Assembly: GCA_963555825.3 (NCBI GenBank)
Contig: CAUVXB020000001.1
Span: 2,208,001-2,272,000, forward strand
Source: Alphaproteobacteria bacterium
Lineage (GTDB): Bacteria > Pseudomonadota > Alphaproteobacteria > JAAXGF01
Direction of reading: 5' to 3'
Length of the DNA: 64,000 bases
The notes under the pieces are model-generated. The model was not told where the DNA came from. It searched no databases and was given only the letters and a program-made list of their open reading frames with translations. This document shows positions 54,925 through 64,000 of the stretch, one piece after another. The translations under genes and the position numbers were made by a program. Each line of letters starts with the position of its first letter. Positions within the stretch are counted from its first letter, which is position 1.

Positions 54925-56949
54925 CTAGTCGGCCGATACCTCGACCTCGACCGAGTGCACGCAGGTGCTTTCGCCCATGTCGGTCTTGATGCCCGGGTTG
55001 AGCGCGTTGACGTTGACGCCCGCGCCCTCGCGCTTGGGCCAGCGGCCCTTATGGCTGAGCGCCGCGCCGCGCGGCACGATGTCGCTGACCTCGAGCGTCA
55101 GCGCGAGAGAGCCGACGTCGTTCGACAGGCGCACCGCGTCGCCGGCGGCGAGGCCGCGCTCGGCGGCGTCGTCCGGGTGCAGCGCGACGGTCGCCGGGCC
55201 GAGCTGCTCGGCGATCTTCTCGTCGTTGGCGTAGGAATCGTTCATCTGCCAAGCGGAAGCGGGCGTCAGCAGCCGGAGCCGGCCGCCGGTCGGCCGGGCG
55301 TCGGCGCCCGATTGCGGCACGCGCGGCAGGCCGGCGGCCTCGGCGCGCGCGCTGGCGATCTCGATGCGTCCGCTCGGCGTCGGGAACGCCAAGTCGTCGA
55401 AGGCGATGAAGGGCTCGTCGAAGGCCGGCACCGTTCCCTTCTCCTTGAGCGCGGCGAAGCCGCCGTCGACGCCCATCGCCTCGACCAGCGTCGCGATGAT
55501 CGCCTCGTCCGTCTCGACCAGCTCGGGCTCGTCGAAGCCCATCGCCCGGGCCAGGCGGCGGAATATCTCCTGGTTCGGCAGCGCGCCGCCGATCGGCTCC
55601 TGGGCCTTGACCTGGGCCGCGACGACGAGGTTGAAGTAGGACGTCACGATGTCGTCGAACTCGAGGAAGCTCGCCGCCGGAAGCACGATATCGGCGAGAT
55701 CGGCGGTGTCGGTCGCAAACAGCTCGATGACGACCGAGAACAGGTCCTCGCGCGCCAGCGCGGCGCGCAACCGGCGCTGCTGCGGCCCCGACGCCGCGAC
55801 GTTCATGTTCCACGACAGGAAGGCGCGGCTCGCAGCGGCGTCTTCGAGGCGCTCGGCGAGGTCCATGTGGCTGATCGTCCGCGCGCCGCCCCGCCTGAGG
55901 TGGGGCGCCGCGAGATAGTCGCCGTCGAGCCCGCGATTGGCGGCGCCGTTGAGGTAATAGATGCCGGTGCCGGGCTTGCCGATATGGCCGGTCGCCGCGG
56001 GCAGCATGGCGCAGGCGCGAAACACGTTGCCGCCGCGCGGCTGGCGCTGCAGGCCCTGGCCGAGCCACAGCATCGACGGACCGGCGCCGTAGATGCGCGC
56101 GGCCTCGACGATCTTGGCGGCGGGCACGCCGGTCTCGGCCTCGCCCCACGCCGGGTCGCATCTGGCGATCTCCGGCGCGACCTCGTCCCAACCGATCACG
56201 TTGGCGGCGACGAAGGCGTCGTCGACCAAGCCGTCGCGCCGCATCACGTGCAGCAGCGCGAAGGCGAGCGCGGCGTCGCTGCCGGGGAACGGCCGCAGGT
56301 GCAGATCGGCGTCCTCGGCGGTCGGATGGCGCAGCGGATCGATGACGATGACCTTGCCGGGCGTCTCCTTGAGCCAGTGCTTGTGCTGATGCGGCGCCGA
56401 GGCCGACGGATTGGCGCCCCAGACGACGATGCAGGCGGTGTCCTTCGCCGTCCTTGGATCGAAGCCCACCGTCGAGGTACCCAGCACGTAGCGGAGCGCG
56501 ACATGGCCGGCGTTGTTGCAGATCGTGTCGGGGTCGACCTCGGTGGCGCCCAGGCGGTTAAAGAAGCGTTCGGGGAAGTTGCCAGCGATCAGCGAGCAGG
56601 TGCCCGTGTAGTGGGCGTGAATGATCGCCTCGGGACCGGATTCAGCGGCGATCGCGCCGAAACGCTCGGCGATCTCGCCGATTGCCGAGTCCCACGAGAT
56701 CGGCTCGAACTGGCCGCTGCCTTTGGGTCCGCTGCGGCGCAATGGCGTGGTCAACCGGGCCGCGGGGTCGCGGAACACGCCGTTGTAGGCGAGCGCGCAT
56801 TTGCCGCACAGCGCGCCGCGGCTGACCGGATGCTCGGGGTCACCGAGCACCTTGGTGATCTCGCCGCCGCGCTTGATGACGACGATACCGCAGGCGTCGT
56901 AGCAGTCGCGCGGACAGGTCGTGCGAACGTGTTCCCTCTTGCCGGGCAT
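54925..56949 (-). CDS. Molybdopterin (bis-MGD) oxidoreductase, DMSO reductase superfamily
   Basis: TCPRDCYDAC...LCGK Fe-S motif; ADIVLPAA; C-terminal LHPDDA domain. Confidence 0.88.
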   Translation of the reverse strand: MPGKREHVRTTCPRDCYDACGIVVIKRGGEITKVLGDPEHPVSRGALCGKCALAYNGVFRDPAARLTTPLRRSGPKGSGQFEPISWDSAIGEIAERFGAIAAESGPEAIIHAHYTGTCSLIAGNFPERFFNRLGATEVDPDTICNNAGHVALRYVLGTSTVGFDPRTAKDTACIVVWGANPSASAPHQHKHWLKETPGKVIVIDPLRHPTAEDADLHLRPFPGSDAALAFALLHVMRRDGLVDDAFVAANVIGWDEVAPEIARCDPAWGEAETGVPAAKIVEAARIYGAGPSMLWLGQGLQRQPRGGNVFRACAMLPAATGHIGKPGTGIYYLNGAANRGLDGDYLAAPHLRRGGARTISHMDLAERLEDAAASRAFLSWNMNVAASGPQQRRLRAALAREDLFSVVIELFATDTADLADIVLPAASFLEFDDIVTSYFNLVVAAQVKAQEPIGGALPNQEIFRRLARAMGFDEPELVETDEAIIATLVEAMGVDGGFAALKEKGTVPAFDEPFIAFDDLAFPTPSGRIEIASARAEAAGLPRVPQSGADARPTGGRLRLLTPASAWQMNDSYANDEKIAEQLGPATVALHPDDAAERGLAAGDAVRLSNDVGSLALTLEVSDIVPRGAALSHKGRWPKREGAGVNVNALNPGIKTDMGESTCVHSVEVEVSAD

Positions 56950-57055
56950 GACGCCTTTACTCCCGATACTTTCGACTTGGTTCCAATCTAGCACCACGCT
57001 TCGCGTGCGCCCAGCCATGCTATGATCACGCGCGAATGACGAGGCGGACGACAGC

Positions 57056-57949
57056 GTGACCGGCGGCCCCCAGATCGCCCTGCTGCCCGACGGGCGCCGG
57101 CTGCATATGCAGCACGGCCCGATCGACCTGATCATCGAGGCCTTCGGCCCGGCCGACGAGGTGCGCGCCGCGTACGGCCAGGCCGAGGCCCGCTTCGTCG
57201 GGCTGCTCACGACGCTGGTCGGCGAGCTCGATCTGCTCCGTACGCCGATCGCCGAAATCACGACCGAGCCGGATGGCCCGGTGGCCAAGCGCATGGCCGC
57301 CGCCTGCCGGCCCCATGCCGACGTCTTCGTCACGCCGATGGCCGCCGTCGCCGGCGCCGTCGCCGACGACGTGCTGGCGGCGCTGATCGACGGCCGCACG
57401 CTGGCGCGCGCCTACGTCAACGACGGCGGCGACATCGCGCTCCACCTGACGCCCGGCGAGCGCTTCGACGCCGGCCTGGTCGGCGACCTCGCGCGCCCGG
57501 CGATCGACGGCGTCGCGACGATCGATGCGGCGCTACCGGTGCGCGGCATCGCGACCAGCGGGCGTGGCGGCCGCAGCCTGAGCCTGGGCATCGCCGAGAC
57601 GGTCACCGTGCTGGCGCGCGACGCGGCCGCGGCCGACGTCGCGGCAACGCTGATCGCGGGTGCCGTCGACGTCGACGACCCGGCGATCGAGCGCCTGCCC
57701 GCGAGCGATCTCGACGCCGACAGCGACCTCGGCGCGCGTCTCGTCACGGTCGCCGTCGGACCGCTCGGCGACGGCGCCGTCGGCGATGCGCTCGACGCCG
57801 GCGAAACCTACGCCGAGCGCCTGCGGCGTGCTGGACTCATCCATGGCGCCGTGCTGGTATTGGCCGGGCGCGATCGCGTCGTGGGCGATGTCATCCGGCG
57901 CCTCGCCGCGCCCGACGGGGACCGATCGAGAGGGCTGACGTGTCGCTGA
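57056..57949 (+). CDS. UPF0280 / ApbE-like protein
   Basis: HGPIDL, TPMAAVAGAVAD, NDGGDIA, ATSG..GRS.SLG. Confidence 0.85.
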   Translation: MTGGPQIALLPDGRRLHMQHGPIDLIIEAFGPADEVRAAYGQAEARFVGLLTTLVGELDLLRTPIAEITTEPDGPVAKRMAAACRPHADVFVTPMAAVAGAVADDVLAALIDGRTLARAYVNDGGDIALHLTPGERFDAGLVGDLARPAIDGVATIDAALPVRGIATSGRGGRSLSLGIAETVTVLARDAAAADVAATLIAGAVDVDDPAIERLPASDLDADSDLGARLVTVAVGPLGDGAVGDALDAGETYAERLRRAGLIHGAVLVLAGRDRVVGDVIRRLAAPDGDRSRGLTCR

Positions 57950-58524
57950 TCCGGCTGCGCAAACAGGCGACCTTCGTCGAGGAAGTTTTCCACGAGGGCG
58001 GCCCGCCGCCTGTCGCCCCGCTCCTGCGCGGCGCGGTCTGCGCGGTGCTGCACAACCCCTATGCCGGGCGCTGGGAACCCGACATCGCGCCCATGATGGA
58101 GGCGCTCAAGCCGCTCGGGCTCGCCATGGCCAACGCGCTGATCGACGCGCTGGGCGGCGATCGGCGCCGCATCGAGGGCTATGGCAAGGGCGCCATCGTC
58201 GGCGCCGCGGGCGAGTTGGAGCACGGCGCGCTGTGGCACGTGCCGGGCGGCTATGCCATGCGCGAGGCGCTCGGCGGCGCCAAGGCGATCGTGCCGTCGA
58301 CCAAGAAGGTCGGCGGCCCCGGTACGCGGCTCGACGTGCCGGTCACGCATATCGACGCGTCCTACGTGCGCAGCCATTTCGACGCCTTCGAGGTCGGCCT
58401 GGCGGACGCACCCGCGGCCGACGAGATCGTCGTCGCCCTGGTCATGACGACAGGCGCGCGGATTTACGCCCGCGTCGGCGGTCTCGCGGCCGACGAGATC
58501 GCGGGCGAGGACGGCTTGCGCTAA
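57940..58524 (+). CDS. Amino-acid-synthesis family (AA_synth/DUF1185) protein
   Basis: NPYAGR, YGKGAIVG, GELEHG, VRSHFD, RVGGL. Confidence 0.85.
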   Translation: MSLIRLRKQATFVEEVFHEGGPPPVAPLLRGAVCAVLHNPYAGRWEPDIAPMMEALKPLGLAMANALIDALGGDRRRIEGYGKGAIVGAAGELEHGALWHVPGGYAMREALGGAKAIVPSTKKVGGPGTRLDVPVTHIDASYVRSHFDAFEVGLADAPAADEIVVALVMTTGARIYARVGGLAADEIAGEDGLR

Positions 58525-58555
58525 ACCGGACCAGCGAACGACACGGGAGGGAACC

Positions 58556-59143
58556 ATGGGCACCGCGAAAATCCGCAAGATCTGCACCGTCGTCGAGGAG
58601 ACGCAGACCGAGATGGGCCGCGCGATCGACCCGCCGACACGCAAGGCCGTCGCCGTCGCGGTCATCGAGAACCCGTTCGCCGGCCGCTACGTCGAGGACC
58701 TCGAAGAGCTGATGGCGATCGGCGCCGAGCTGGGCGATTTGCTGGGCCGCCGCGCGGTCGCGGCACTTGGCGTCGAACCGCCGGATATCGAGAGCTATGG
58801 CAAGGCGGCGATCGTCGGCGAGGGCGGCGAATGGGAGCACGCCGCCGCGATCCTCCACCCGCGCCTCGGCAAGCCGCTGCGCGACGCGGTCGAGCACGGC
58901 GCGGCGCTGGTCCCCTCGGCCAAGAAGATGGGCGGGCCGGGCACACCGATGGACGTACCGCTGGGCCACAAGGACGCGGCCTATGTGCGCAGCCACTTCG
59001 ACGCCATCGAGGTGCGCATTGCCGACGCGCCGCGCGCCGGCGAGATCGTCGTCGCCGTTGCGGTAGCCGATTCGGGCCGCCCGCTGCCGCGCGTCGGCGG
59101 GCTGACGACCGACGAGGCCAAGGGCGAGGACGGGCTGCGCTAG
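58556..59143 (+). CDS. Amino-acid-synthesis family (AA_synth/DUF1185) protein, paralog
   Basis: NPFAGR, YGKAAIVG, EHAAA, VRSHFD, GEDGLR. Confidence 0.85.
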   Translation: MGTAKIRKICTVVEETQTEMGRAIDPPTRKAVAVAVIENPFAGRYVEDLEELMAIGAELGDLLGRRAVAALGVEPPDIESYGKAAIVGEGGEWEHAAAILHPRLGKPLRDAVEHGAALVPSAKKMGGPGTPMDVPLGHKDAAYVRSHFDAIEVRIADAPRAGEIVVAVAVADSGRPLPRVGGLTTDEAKGEDGLR

Positions 59144-59193
59144 CCGATCCGCCGCCACACACATCCCCAAATAGCCACGCAAGGAGCCGTGCG

Positions 59194-60345
59194 ATGGCGC
59201 CGATCCGCCCCGCGATCAGCGAGATGGAAGACCAGAAGATTTCAGCCGTTTCGAACCTGGCGATCGGCGACCCCGACGTCATCCCGCTGTGGTTCGGCGA
59301 ATCGGACTTGGTAACGCCCTCGTTCATCCGCGACGCGGCCAAGGACGCGCTCGACGCCGGCCACACCTTCTATTTGCCGGTGCGCGGCCTGCCGGCGCTC
59401 CGCCAGGCGATCCGCGACTATGTCTCGGTGCTCCACGACATCGACCTCGACATCGAGCGCGTCACCATACCGGGCGCGGCGATGGAAGCCATCATGATCG
59501 CCACCGAATGCCTGATCGACAACGGCGACAACATGGTCATGGTCTCGCCGATCTGGCCCAACATCTTCTATACCGTCGACATCATGGGCGGCGAAGGCCG
59601 CCACGTCCGGCTCGACGACCGCGACGGCCGCTGGCAGCTCGACCTGGACAAATTGTTCGACGCCTGCGACGCGCGCACCAAGGCCATCTTCATCGCCTCG
59701 CCGGGCAACCCGACGGGCTGGGTGATGAGCCGCGAGGAGCAAGTGGCCGTGCTCGGCTTCTGCCGCGAGCGCGGCATCTGGATCATCGCCGACGAGGTCT
59801 ACAACCGGCTGGTCTACGACCGGGAGATCGCGCCGTCGTTCCTCGAGATCGCCGAGCCCGAGGACCCGGTGTTCGTCGTCAACAGCTTCTCGAAGTCCTG
59901 GGCGATGACCGGCTGGCGGATCGGCTGGATGGTCGCGCCGCCGAGCCTGGGCCACACCTTGGGCCAGTTGAGCTGCTTCAACAACACCGGCGCGACCAAC
60001 TTCGCCCAGCACGCCGCCGTCACCGCGATCACCCAGGGCGAGGCGTTCATCCGGGAGATGCGCGCCTACGCGCGCCGCGGCCGCGACTTCGTCTACCAGC
60101 GCGCCGCGGCGATCCCGCGGCTCGACCTCAACCTGCCCGAGGGCGCGATATACGCCTTCATGCGCGTCGACGGGCTCGACGACAGCCTCGCCTTCGCGCA
60201 AGCCCTGGTGCGCGAGGCGCGCGTCGGCCTGGCGCCTGGCGCGGCCTTCGGACCCGGCAACGAGGGTTATCTGCGGATGTGCTTCGCCTGCAAGGAAGCC
60301 TGGCTGTCGATCGCGATGGACCGCCTGGAAGCCGCCCTCGCCTAG
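59194..60345 (+). CDS. PLP-dependent class I/II aminotransferase
   Basis: SPGNPTG, ADEVY, SFSKSWAMTGWRIG. Confidence 0.92.
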   Translation: MAPIRPAISEMEDQKISAVSNLAIGDPDVIPLWFGESDLVTPSFIRDAAKDALDAGHTFYLPVRGLPALRQAIRDYVSVLHDIDLDIERVTIPGAAMEAIMIATECLIDNGDNMVMVSPIWPNIFYTVDIMGGEGRHVRLDDRDGRWQLDLDKLFDACDARTKAIFIASPGNPTGWVMSREEQVAVLGFCRERGIWIIADEVYNRLVYDREIAPSFLEIAEPEDPVFVVNSFSKSWAMTGWRIGWMVAPPSLGHTLGQLSCFNNTGATNFAQHAAVTAITQGEAFIREMRAYARRGRDFVYQRAAAIPRLDLNLPEGAIYAFMRVDGLDDSLAFAQALVREARVGLAPGAAFGPGNEGYLRMCFACKEAWLSIAMDRLEAALA

Positions 60346-60447
60346 GCGCCAGGCGGCGTTCGCCGGCCGCGGCCCGGAACGGCGACGACCTCTCATCGAC
60401 GCGACCACCAAAGGTCCCTGTCCTCACAACGGATCTTCCTCATAACA

Positions 60448-60502
60448 GTGTCCGACACTATTTTAACAATTTGATAGACAATGCGATAAAGGAGTCTGAC
60501 AC
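60448..60502. repeat. Degenerate copy of the AT-rich-looped palindrome
   Basis: GTGTCCGACAC-N33(AT-rich)-GAGTCTGACAC, similar to 54723-54896. Confidence 0.5.
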
Positions 60503-60549
60503 CATTAAATTGAAATATTCACATTTCTGTGGTGGACGGGCCGGCGGCG

Positions 60550-61068
60550 TTATTCGTCCGTCGCCGCGTTGTCGATGCCGAAGGCATGGCGCAGCGCGAC
60601 GATGGCCGGGCCCGAGATAAAGTAGTGGCCCTTGAGATAGGTCTTGTTGGCCTCGTCCCACACCCAGTCGCGCGCGCGCCAGTTGAACAGCCAGGCGTCG
60701 CGCATGTCGGTGATGTTCTTGAGCCGTTGGGTGATCGTCGTGATCTCGCGGCCGAGCGCACCGTAGTCTTTGTGGCCGGTCGCTTCGTAGAGCGCCGCGA
60801 TGTCGGCGCGCCCGACCACACCGTCGGCGTCGTAGTCGGTGCAGAAAGCGCGCAACAGCTCGCGCGAGCGGCCGACCAGACCGCGGATCAGCCGGCGCGC
60901 CTCGTCGTCGTTCAAGGGGTACGAGGTGTTGCCCTCGGGATCCCAATCGAGGCCGTTGGCGCCCTCGGCCAGCCGATCCGCCTCATCGTGCACGAGGTCG
61001 AGAATCTCGCGCCGCGCCTCAGGGCTCAACTTGCGCAGCAGCGCCTCGTCGATGACGAAACTGACCAT
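60550..61068 (-). CDS. Hypothetical protein
   Basis: GGAGG RBS before ATG 61068; host-like codon usage. Confidence 0.7.
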   Translation of the reverse strand: MVSFVIDEALLRKLSPEARREILDLVHDEADRLAEGANGLDWDPEGNTSYPLNDDEARRLIRGLVGRSRELLRAFCTDYDADGVVGRADIAALYEATGHKDYGALGREITTITQRLKNITDMRDAWLFNWRARDWVWDEANKTYLKGHYFISGPAIVALRHAFGIDNAATDE

Positions 61069-61226
61069 GATCGCGCCTCCCCTTACCGATGCAACGCGCC
61101 GCCGACGCGCCGCTGTCGCCATCATAATACCTTTGCCGCGCCGAGACCATCGCGCGTCGGGCTTTCGCCGGAACGCCCGTGGTGTTACTCTGTCGGCGAC
61201 CATGACGATCCGGCGGGCCCAGGCGG

Positions 61227-61670
61227 ATGATCTCGAAAACTGACCAAAGCGGCACGCGCGCAACGGGCGGCGGGCCGTTTGCCTTCTTCAGCCGCAAGAA
61301 GCGCCCGAACACGGTGATCGCCGCCGACATGAAGATCGTCGGCGAGCTCGAAAGCGACGGCCACGTCCACATCGACGGCACCGTCGAGGGCGATATCTAC
61401 GCCAACTTCGTCACGGTCGGCGAGACCGCCCATGTCGAGGGCGTGATCGTCGCCGAGGAGGTCCAGATCGCCGGCTCGGTCGACGGGCGCATCGAAGCGC
61501 CGGTGGTGTTCATCGAGGCGACCGCGCGGGTCGTCGGCAGCGTCTTCCACACCGAGATCGAGATCGAGGAAGGCGCGCTGATCGAGGGCCGCCGGCCGTG
61601 GCGGCCCAAGGTCTACCTCGAGGAGCGCAGCGCCAACCGAGGCGTCGAGCAAGACGCCGGCGACGCATAG
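61227..61670 (+). CDS. Bactofilin (polymer-forming cytoskeletal protein)
   Basis: TVIAADMKIVGEL..HIDGTVEGDI beta-helix repeats. Confidence 0.88.
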   Translation: MISKTDQSGTRATGGGPFAFFSRKKRPNTVIAADMKIVGELESDGHVHIDGTVEGDIYANFVTVGETAHVEGVIVAEEVQIAGSVDGRIEAPVVFIEATARVVGSVFHTEIEIEEGALIEGRRPWRPKVYLEERSANRGVEQDAGDA

Positions 61671-61763
61671 AACTTTTGAAATACCGCCCAAGGCGGTATG
61701 GTATGGGTAACGGCGCAGGCATTCGCGCCCCGGGTTTCAATCAAGTTGCGAGGGATGAGGGAC

Positions 61764-62408
61764 ATGTTTGGCAAAGGCGAGAAAGAGGCAGAGAGCGGCC
61801 CGGCGCAGCCCGCGCGGGGCTTCGGCAAGTCCGACAAGGACACGTCCGCGCGCGGCGCCGGCAAGGCGAGCGGCGAGGTCTCGGCGATCAGCGCCGACCT
61901 CAAGGTCGTCGGCAATCTCGAAAGCGCCGGCGACATCCAGGTCGACGGCACCGTGGTGGGCGACATCAACAGCCGCTCGCTGACCGTCGGCGAGGGCGCC
62001 CATGTCGAGGGCTCGATCACCGCCGAGAAGGTGCGCATCTGCGGCAAGCTGTCGGGCCAGGTGACCGCCGCCTCGGTGTCGATCGCCGCGACCGCGGTCA
62101 TGAACGGCGACATCACCTACCAGGTGCTCTCGATCGAGGAAGGCGCGTCGCTCGAGGGCCGCTGCCACAGGGTCGACTCGACCGGCGCCTCGACCGCGCC
62201 AAAGGTCGCCGCGGTCAAGCCCGCGGCCAGCCCGGCGCCGGCGGCCGCCTCGGGCAGCGGCGGGAGCGGCGGCAGCGCCTCGTCGGGCAGCGGCGGAAGC
62301 GGTGGCGCCTCGTCGGGCAGCGGCGGCAGCGGCGGAAGCAGCGGCGCCTCGTCGGGCAGCGGCGCAAGCGGCGGCGCCTCGTCGGGCGCAAAACCGGCCG
62401 CCGGGTAA
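61764..62408 (+). CDS. Bactofilin with a Gly/Ser-rich tail
   Basis: ISADLKVVGNL..VDGTVVGDI..LSIEEGASLEG; repeated GASSGSGGS tail. Confidence 0.88.
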   Translation: MFGKGEKEAESGPAQPARGFGKSDKDTSARGAGKASGEVSAISADLKVVGNLESAGDIQVDGTVVGDINSRSLTVGEGAHVEGSITAEKVRICGKLSGQVTAASVSIAATAVMNGDITYQVLSIEEGASLEGRCHRVDSTGASTAPKVAAVKPAASPAPAAASGSGGSGGSASSGSGGSGGASSGSGGSGGSSGASSGSGASGGASSGAKPAAG

Positions 62409-62441
62409 CGGCGGCGACAATACGCGCCAAAATTCGAGCTT

Positions 62442-62472
62442 AACGGGCCGCGGCCGCCGTCGCGGCCCGTTT
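62442..62472. terminator. Hairpin terminator between convergent genes
   Basis: AACGGGCCGCG-N8-CGCGGCCCGTT. Confidence 0.55.
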
Positions 62473-62493
62473 CATTCGCGAGATCCGCGCCCC

Positions 62494-63606
62494 CTACCCC
62501 CACACCTTCTCGGCCGTTTCGCAGAGCACCGCGAGCTTGGCGCTTTGCTCGTCGATGGTCAGCGCGTTGCCGCCGATCGAGGTGGCGAAGCCGCATTGCG
62601 GGCTGATCGCGAGGCGCTCCTTGGGTATATGGCGCGCCGCGTCCTCGATGCGCGCGGTCATCTCGGCGACGGTCTCGAGACCGCCGTGCTTGGTGGTGAC
62701 CAGGCCGAGGACGACGGTCTTGTCGTCGGGCACCTCGGAAAGGGGCGTGAAGTCGCCCGAGCGTTCGTCGTCGTATTCGAGCATCAGGCGATGGGCGTCG
62801 ATGCCCTTGAAGATCGGCGCCGCGATCGCGTCGTAGCCGCCCTCGACCAGCCAGCGGCTGCCCTGGTTGCCGCGGCACAGATGAAACGCGAAGGTGACGG
62901 CATCGTCGACGCCGCGCATCAGCTCGTTGTCGAGCTCGAGGCCGAGGCCGAGCCATTGCGCGACGGTCCAGCCCTGGGATTCGTAGAACGCGCGGGTCTT
63001 GGGGTCGATCAGCAGCGGGTAATGCGGCGCGTCGATCTGGATGTAGGTACAGCCCAAGCGCACCAGTTCCTCGACCTCCTCGCGCAGGATACGCGTCACG
63101 TCGGCGAGGAATTCCTCCAGCGTCGGGTAGGCGTCGCGCGAGCGCTCCGGCGACCACAGGTTGGCGAGCATCGACGGGCTCGGCAGCGTCACCTTGACAC
63201 ACTTCGCCGTTCGCGCGCGCATGTAGGTGAACTCCTCGGCCGACAAGTGGCGGCGGCGTGTCATCGGGGCGACCACGCCGAGCTCGGCCGGGCGTTCGGT
63301 GGTCTTGTCGCCGACGTTGCCGTCGCCGTGCCACTCGCCCCACAGGAAAGCGTCGATGTCCCAATCGCCGAAGCCATCGACCGCCTGAACCAACTGACTC
63401 TGGAACGACAGCCGGCGCATCTCGCCGTCGGTCACCACGCCGAGCCCGGCGGCCTCTTGAAGCTCGACGCAGAAGTCGACCGCCCGATCCTCGGCCGCCT
63501 TGAATTCCGCGCGGCCGATCGTCCCGGCCGACAGCGCTTCTTGCGCGTCGAGCAGCTCCTTGGGCCTCAGCAGACTGCCGACGACGTCGGCGCGGGCGGT
63601 GATCAC
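62494..63606 (-). CDS. Cobalamin-independent methionine synthase II family protein
   Basis: DVVGSLLRP, TDGEMRR, IQIDAP, HLCRGN, LEYD, SPQCGF. Confidence 0.9.
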   Translation of the reverse strand: MITARADVVGSLLRPKELLDAQEALSAGTIGRAEFKAAEDRAVDFCVELQEAAGLGVVTDGEMRRLSFQSQLVQAVDGFGDWDIDAFLWGEWHGDGNVGDKTTERPAELGVVAPMTRRRHLSAEEFTYMRARTAKCVKVTLPSPSMLANLWSPERSRDAYPTLEEFLADVTRILREEVEELVRLGCTYIQIDAPHYPLLIDPKTRAFYESQGWTVAQWLGLGLELDNELMRGVDDAVTFAFHLCRGNQGSRWLVEGGYDAIAAPIFKGIDAHRLMLEYDDERSGDFTPLSEVPDDKTVVLGLVTTKHGGLETVAEMTARIEDAARHIPKERLAISPQCGFATSIGGNALTIDEQSAKLAVLCETAEKVWG

Positions 63607-63675
63607 GGCGCGGTCCTCCCGGTCATCCCGCCTCGACGTTATCACAGGGCGAAAGTCCGGGCGCGATATGAGCAG

Positions 63676-64000
63676 CTACTGATCCGACACCCCGGCGATC
63701 GCCGGTCGCCAGCAGATCACCCGCTTGAAGACGACGACGCTGACCGCGACGATCAGGGCGACAGCCAGGTAGGTCACGGCCTCCCACAGCAACCGTTCGA
63801 TGACCTGCTCGATCGGACCGAAGCCTCCAGCGGCGTTGGCGAGTCGGATCGTAAGGGCTCTCAACAACTCGTGGCCGAGGAACCCTATCGGCAAGTAGGC
63901 AAGAGCGAGACATCCCAACATACGCCAACTGGCGCCCTTCATCAGGCGCCATGAGTCGTGGGGATCCATCGGTTCGTCGACGGCGATGGCGGGCAGCACG
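63676..64000 (-). CDS. Hypothetical membrane protein, C-terminal part (runs off the window)
   Basis: Open frame from the edge with TM segments; LPAIAVD..SW.L.KG..WR. Confidence 0.55.
   Translation of the reverse strand, partial: VLPAIAVDEPMDPHDSWRLMKGASWRMLGCLALAYLPIGFLGHELLRALTIRLANAAGGFGPIEQVIERLLWEAVTYLAVALIVAVSVVVFKRVICWRPAIAGVSDQ

Overview
High-GC alphaproteobacterial chromosome segment, Rhodospirillales-like by gene order (inference). The housekeeping backbone is zapA-ssrS-ygfA-ymdB, tkt-gap-pgk-fba-thiE-efp-suhB, rpmE/rpmH-rnpA-yidD-yidC-engB-argB-dapD-dapE, def-fmt-truA, rmuC, ffs-dnaX-ybaB-recR and nudC. It is interrupted by many mobile elements: two IS1380 copies that share one amber stop (one splits the predicted 6S RNA promoter, the other hosts a nested IS256), and an 11.6-kb integrase-less island bounded by a 20-bp direct repeat of the abrB 3' end (25343-37011). 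The island holds IS110/IS1111, IS630, IS1182, a MITE, lic-type genes and several gene fragments. The most striking signal is the IS1111-type element. Its non-coding right end contains segments matching both its own target site and its circle junction, as expected for a bridge/seek RNA. The donor-guide plus right-end part is amplified into a ~950-bp array whose clean junctions fall on the CA recombination core. The array may be real or partly a consensus artefact and needs read-level checking. Three families of short structured intergenic repeats are also present. All calls come from reading the sequence; no searches were run.
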